DNA of 64,000 nucleotides from Bigelowiella natans CCMP2755 (taxonomy: Eukaryota; Protista; Cercozoa): the NCBI GenBank assembly GCA_000320545.1, contig ADNK01000342.1:53504-117503 (forward strand), in the 5' to 3' direction. Positions 57,099-64,000 of the stretch are shown here, in pieces (the stretch's first letter is position 1; each line of letters begins with the position of its first letter). The position numbers and the translations under genes were made by a program. The notes under the pieces are model-generated. The model made no database searches, was not told where the DNA came from, and was given only the letters and a program-made list of their open reading frames with translations.

Positions 57099-57540
57099 AA
57101 TAAATGCTGGGGAATCCCCTCTGTGTGGAAGAGAAGGGAGACGGGATTGGAATGTTGGAGGGGGGGATACGATGAATTGAGTTCTGATTGTTCTTGTGTG
57201 ATCCTCTTCCTCTTCGTGTTTGCAACTGTTAGGAATTCACACAAGGAACTATCTATTACTACTACTACTACTACCGCCAAATCACCACATAATTTTGACC
57301 AACATCACTTTGTAGATTTCGTAGTTGAAGTTTCTTCGAAATTTGTCTTTTATTAGGGTTCAGAAGTTTGGTACTTTTAAAAGAGGAACAAATGCCACCA
57401 TTTTGGAGTGGTATTGTCATGGTTGAAATGCTCCCGAACTAGAATCGCACGGCATTCTGCATCCACAGTGGCAACTTGATGAATCAATGTCATCTTCATT
57501 GTTATTGTTGTTGGTGTTGTTGTTGTTGTTGTTGTCGTAA

Positions 57541-58500
57541 TCATGCTTCAAAAAGACCATGAAAAGTGCCAAAAACGTCAAGAAAAAGCAGGAAATGAAA
57601 ACCTGGAAATCCAGGAAATCCTAGGAAATCTTAGGAAATCCTGAAATCCTAGGAAATTGCTGGACCGTGTCGCAGCACAGCTAGAAGATTGCCAGAGAGC
57701 GAGCTGGAGGTGCTTGCATTTTTTTCGCGTGCGTGCTGTGCCAAAGCTTTTCAGCCAGGTTGATGAGGCGCAACTCGGGCGGGCAGGTGTCCGTGCCAAC
57801 ACCAGGCCGCGCCATGCTCTGGAGCTGGCTGCTGGGCGGTTTCACGTGCTGCTGTTTGTGCACTCCAGATGACTGTCTGCTCTGGTGCTGCGCTGTGTGT
57901 GCGTGTGACGTGCGCAATGATGAACAATGGACACGGCGATGTGGCACGTGTGTGTGCACGTGCACATCACGTTGCACGTTCATCGTGTGAATCAATGTGC
58001 TGCACTCGCTAGCTCGCTAGCTCGTGCACACATCTGATCAGCTGGCCAGCTCCACAGAGCTCCAGAGCTCTGCTAGCTAGCTAGCGCCACAGCTGGACAG
58101 CTAGCTCCAGAGCTGGCTGGCTAGCTGGACACCTGAACGCAACGTCTCTGGATCCACAGAACAGGGCACGAGCTAGCAAGCTCGTCACCGCATGCGCATG
58201 CATGATGACAATCCAGACAATGCCAGAATGAGGGGCGGCAGCTAGGCAGGCTGCATTGTCATCTGTCTAGCTAGCCATAGCTAGCTGTCTTGAGTCTAGT
58301 CATGCTGGCATGAGCTCCAGAGCTGTCTGTTGGACTAGCCATGCTAGCATGGCTAGTCTAGTTGACACTAGCTTGGACACACCAATCTAGCAATGAGCTA
58401 GCTAGCATGCTGCAAATGTCGATCTTTGATTTTGTTAGATGTGTGTCATGATGAACAGACCACAGCTAGCTAGCACAGTCAGCATCATGATGCGGCGGCA
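57541..58500. other. TpA-depleted block with extreme CTAG enrichment
   Basis: Manual count: 29 TpA, of which 26 CTAG, 2 TTAG and 1 ATAG; no TAC, TAT or TAA. Confidence 0.92.
57602..57657. repeat. Degenerate ~10-bp tandem repeat (CCTAGGAAAT-like, ~6 units)
   Basis: cctggaaat ccaggaaat cctaggaaat cttaggaaat cctgaaat cctaggaaat. Confidence 0.85.
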
Positions 58501-58880
58501 ACATTGACTGTTAGAGGCTATCACATGAAATGAAATGCTGAGTGCTTGTGAAATCCAGTTGCCTGCGCGAGGTATTTTGCTAGTTTAACAAGAAGGTCAA
58601 GGATCTAGCCATGTGCTCATTTTGCAAATACCAGCACATGCTGTCCAGTTGATGACGTAGCGTGGAGATGGAGCATTACCACTCAGCATCATGGCTGTTA
58701 CATTTCGTATGTTTAATCATGTCATCTCTTTAAATTTTTGACTTTACAACCTTACCATTATTAAACACTTCAAAACACCACCCCCCTTCATATAGCCATT
58801 TTGCTGCAATTTCCATTTCTACCACCACTATCATCTTACTAGCATCTCTTCCTTCTTCTCCTCCTTCGGTATATAGCTAT

Positions 58881-59366
58881 CTACCACCATGCTGGAACTT
58901 CATCTAGCTTCTTCAACTTACGATACGACGGAATAGTGCGGAGAGCCTGAGGAAGTAGACATCATAATAACCCTAATGTCTCGATTATCCTGCTACTAAT
59001 CGCATTAAGAAATGTATAATCTACTACTACTACTACTACTACTACCTACTACTACTACTGCTGACACAAATACTTATTCTTCTTTATTATAATATTACCA
59101 AGAATGCTGCAAGGGCAAACATGCCTCGTGATGCAACTTCTCTTGTAGCTTCACCGGCCAACAGTGAGAATATCCCTCCTGCTTAATATAAGTGGAACCA
59201 AAATACGAAGAACACATAATGGTACGATGAAAGGAATTGACACCCATTCGCGATATTAACACGACGAATACAGCACTTTTTGTGGGAAACTCAAATTAAT
59301 GAAATGGCGCACATCAATGCATAATATTTCAAAAGAGAGTAGTAATCCATCCATCCATCCATCACT

Positions 59367-59412
<46 letters not shown>

Positions 59413-60122
59413 TGGTTGAATAAATGAATACATAAATGGCATGTATGCATCTATCTGACCAGCAGCTGGAGGAAGAAGTGACAATAAAAGTCCTGTGTTG
59501 AGAGCTCCCCAAGCAAACAGAATTGATCCAATCATCTTGAAACTCAACTGATAATATTGTTACAATGAAATCATAATAACCAATATGAGAAGAGCTTAAG
59601 AATCACAAGCAGCTTCAATAGCAAATGGGTCGCCTATGATACATGAGTTAAATCAAGAGTAATAAAATAAATACCTCCAATTTCTGGGCCTGCTTTTCCA
59701 CCTCAAGGGCACGAGTTCTAAGCTTCAGATCTCCTTCCTCGAGCCGCTTGAGCACATCGGTCATGTATGCGACATTTCTTGGCTGTCGCCAGGCGTTTTT
59801 GAAGTCTACCGGTCTCAACCCCACGTCCTTGAGTCCTTGATTGATGAAACTCTTGAATCGATTCCCATCTTTAAGATCTACTAACTCGTTAAGGTATGGC
59901 GCAGCAAGGCGTGTGAGGTCGTACTGCGTGTCCAAACGCTTCCCAATTCCATCCAGCGACATGAATGATCGGTAGACAAACGTGAAAGCAGCGGGGAACT
60001 TGAAAGGTTTGTCGTTGTTTACAGAGAAGAAGTCGGATGCAAGACGCTGCCTGTTGTTATGTTCAAGATGTAGCGAATGATTGTGTAATGATAACTATGA
60101 TTCTGATTCATTTATCTTATGT

Positions 60123-60157
<35 letters not shown>

Positions 60158-60186
60158 ACTCATATACATACACAAATTCGAGTCAG

Positions 60187-60242
<56 letters not shown>

Positions 60243-60813
60243 ATTTAGAGTGAACCACGAGCACAGTGAAATGAATCTATCATTATCATTGGCAACAAAC
60301 ATATTAATATAAATAGTTACCTTCGTGTACGCTTGATCTTCTTTTGCTCCTCAGCCGACATTTCATTCTCCCATAAGTTTTCCTTCGCAGAAGAACACGT
60401 ACGTAAGAACAAAAAAATGAATTAGCTTATTGTACCAACATCCTCCTCCTCCTCCTCCTCCTCCTCATTATCATCAATCATCATCATTATCAACAATTAT
60501 GATAAACATCGTAGGTAACCTTTCCTTCAGCATCTCTCGGTTGAGCAAGCGTCTTGTCGAATTCCTTCACAAAATACCTCACCACTTTGATGATGTCATA
60601 CATATCAGCTCTAGGCTCGATGATGCCGGTATCCACCATGGCCTGCACTACAGCCCTCGCATCAACGTTGTATACGCCGAACACGAAGTCAACGAGCCCT
60701 TTGCGTGTCTTCTCAGGAATAACATCCATCATTCCGAAGTCATAATAGATTATACGTCCACCGTTCTTTGCGTCCACAGCAAGGTTTCTATGATAGGATG
60801 TTGTGAGGTTACC

Positions 60814-60849
<36 letters not shown>

Positions 60850-62494
60850 TATCATCAACAACACTGAATAAGAACAGCAGCCTACGGTTCATCGTCGCAT
60901 TATTTGGTATGTGTTGTTGTTGTGTATTATAATGTTGTTGTTATTGATGATGATGATGATGATGCACCAACCCTGGATGAGGATCACAATGGAAAAAACC
61001 ATGTCGACAGAGCTGTGTCATGTAGCTTTCCGCTGATATACGAGATATTTCTGCTGTATCCACCTGAACAACAACAACAATAATAATAATAATGATAATA
61101 AAAAGATCGTAGGAAGCAGCATGTGTTGCAGCGGCAATAAGTAAATCAATAACATGCTGACTGACTGACTCACCCCCATTTCCTTGATCTTATCCACATC
61201 AGTGATCTTCACTCCGGGGACATATTCCATCGTAAGGACTTTCTCGGTTGTTAGCGAGGGGTAAGTACCAGGCACCTTGATCCTTGAGAATAGTTCTGGA
61301 TTTTGCTCACGGAAGTTGTCTTCAAATCTCCGGGCATTGGCAGCCTCTAATGTGTAGTCGATTTCCTGATATCTGTGATGATAGTTCATCATAGCAGTGT
61401 CATCATTAATGTAATACTTATTGGATTGGAGAGGGAAGAGTAGTACTAAGAACAGCATGAAGAAAGACAGACCGACAATGTGTATGTATGTTTGTATTTA
61501 TGAGTAGTGAGAGAGAGGAAGAGAAAGAAAGAGAGTAGTGTTGAATAATATCGAGTTATTCTAGGATTGATCTCTATCATTCTCCATCATCAGTGCTACT
61601 TACAGAAGTCGTTCCGTCTCTTGGAAAATGTTACCCCAGTTCCGGTCAGCACCATCATATTTTGGATCGAATTTGTCCAATAGCGTAGCGAGTAATTTCA
61701 GATTGGAAAGGTCAGCCTTGAAGAGCTCTCTAAGCCCTCGACGTTGTATCTTCACTGCTAACTCTTTTCCATCCTTAGTGGCACGATGTACCTTTTTGAA
61801 TATTCGTAGAGTGAATTGTGGTGTATAGACAAGGACGACGATAATGATAGCAATGGCTACAACAGCTGCAGCCGTTTGACTTAGCACCGGCACCATGAGC
61901 ACCATACAGTATGTTGTTTTGTATGTGTTCTAGTCGAAGTAAGTACAACAACGACGACTACGCATATTAATACAGCAGTACGTACTCCTAGTCCTCTTTG
62001 ACCAACATTCATTCATTGATCCACAGAGAAGTAATAACATATAGAGCAGTAGCTAGCAAGCAACAACCAAGCACTATTATGCTGGGGGGGGGATTCTTCG
62101 TCATCACTGAATCATCATCATCATCATCATCATCATCCGTGAATTGAATCAATAGTAGTAACCACGAAGAGATACCTGGCCTAGCGAGGCAGCGGCAAGT
62201 GGGGTCTCATCGAATGTGTCATAGAGTTCTTCTACCTGTCATTGATGTTTGTTATTCAGTGCATTCAGTTAGTGATTGATAATGGCAGCGAAGAAATACT
62301 GTACGAAGAAGAAGAAGAAGAAGAAGAAGAAGAAGAAGAAGAAGGGAGGCCTAATAATAATTCACATTTGATAAAGCAGTAAGCACCGTTGTTCCAAATT
62401 CTTCCTCTATGATCTGCTTTGCCACGGATGTAGGAAACTTAGGGCAGTTATCCTGAAGCTGAGACAACTCCTCGATATATCTATTTTGTATACA

Positions 62495-62531
<37 letters not shown>

Positions 62532-63726
62532 GCAGTTCTTTTTTAAATTTCATGAATTATTAGTGAGTGAGTGGTACTTGATTCTCCTAACACTATTCTG
62601 ACTTATACTTATGGTTTCTTCTTCTTCGTGTAATTATTCATGCCAATCGTACTCTCTCGGAAGAATATCGATTCTCGTCGATAACAGCTGGCCGATCTTT
62701 ATAAATGTTGGGCCTAGCTTCAAAAGTGTACGACGCAATTGAGCACCCAATAGCTTGCGTGCATCCCTACACAAACAAACAAATAAATAAATAAATAAAT
62801 AAATAAATCATGATTGATCAAATTAATGAATAGTCAACACACTAGTGAGTGCCAACAAGGAGGAATCATTTTAGTAGTAGGATTATTTTAGTAATTCTGT
62901 AATATGTTGTTGTTCTCTTCGTTGTTTATTTCTTCTTTCAGCTTTTGAGCGGCATTAAGGAGGAGGAGGAGGAGGCGGAGGCAGGAAGGATTGTCATTGT
63001 TAAATACGTAAGTGTATTATTAAGTATAACTACCTCTTTGTATGCTGCTCCTCCTCCGTATTCTCGGGTAGAGCAGCAATCTGCTTCTCCCTACCAAGGA
63101 AATACACTGCATCCCCCCATATCTCTAACGTTCGAAGCAACTGGCTGGTTGAACTGCGCTTTGCCCATGTATCTATAGTTATTATAGTGAGACCACGGTA
63201 GGAGGGAGGGAGGGAGGGAGGGAGGGAGGGAGGAGCAGCGAGTAAGATAAGAAGGAAAGAAGGAAAATAGGGGTGCCTATTTATATATGTGATATGATGT
63301 GATGTGATGTATGTATGTGTCTATTTATATATGTGATATGATGTGATTTGATGTATGAATGTGATAAAAATGTGGTGTACTGACTGCTCAATAACTGCGG
63401 CATCATCGTCCTGCATTTTGGTGGACATTTGCGCCTTGATGTTCCCAAACATTGAGAGACCGTCCAGTCGAGCTTGTAATCGCCGTACCAACGCACCAAT
63501 TCCTAGCAGCAAGTAACCATCAACATCCATCACATCTACAACAATCATCATCTCCCAATTGCCACCACTATTTCTGAATTCTGTGCTGCATTTCAAGCTT
63601 GGTTTCATAAAAAAAATATCTTCTTTACTGTTGGGTGCGCTGAGACGGGCCCTTGCAAGGGCGGCCGATAGTAGCTGCAACCGAGTAACGGTTTGACCGA
63701 GATCGTTCGTTGCCCAAGTCGGAAGT
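58881..63726 (-). CDS. ABC1 atypical kinase, plastid ABC1K7/ABC1K8-like; 5' end probably beyond the window
   Basis: [45 protein letters not shown]|[40 protein letters not shown]|[24 protein letters not shown]; ends [10 protein letters not shown]. Confidence 0.93.
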
Positions 63727-63862
63727 CTTCACAACAACAATATCATCATCAGCAACAACAACAACAACAACAACAATATAAACCTCAACTATATGGAAGA
63801 AGAAGAAGAAGAAGGAGGAGGAGAAGAAGGTGGAAAAACGGAGAAAATACAATGCAACTCAA

Positions 63863-63931
<69 letters not shown>

Positions 63932-63935
63932 AAGA

Positions 63936-63973
<38 letters not shown>

Positions 63974-64000
63974 GAGGGAGGGGAGGGGAGGGAGGGAGGG

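Overview
Gene-dense, very intron-rich nuclear DNA of a microbial eukaryote. It is probably a plastid-bearing alga; a chlorarachniophyte-like protist is an inference from intron density, TTAGGG repeats and a plastid-type ABC1 kinase. Manual splicing supports 14 protein-coding genes: METTL2-like m3C tRNA methyltransferase (3' partial), inward-rectifier K+ channel, NDP kinase, CobW/COG0523 GTPase, M14 carboxypeptidase, AlkD-like glycosylase, GT61-like glycosyltransferase, intronless SKI2 helicase, an EF-hand/cNMP protein, a TDT/SLAC1 transporter, a hypothetical protein, a secreted ependymin/LolA-like protein, PFK-2 with an apparently dead phosphatase domain, and ABC1K7/8 (5' partial). Most short ORFs in the supplied track are microsatellite artefacts. 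Two signals stand out. (1) Discrete 0.7-1.2 kb intergenic blocks downstream of gene 3' ends almost completely lack TpA except in CTAG and are rich in TG/CA. This looks like the footprint of a localised, context-specific T:A->C:G hypermutation or base-modification system, opposite in direction to RIP and CpG decay. (2) The NDP kinase is circularly permuted: the catalytic-His half precedes the normal N-terminal half, behind a mitochondrial/IMS-type leader. Exon boundaries and dinucleotide counts were made by eye and may be off by a few bases.
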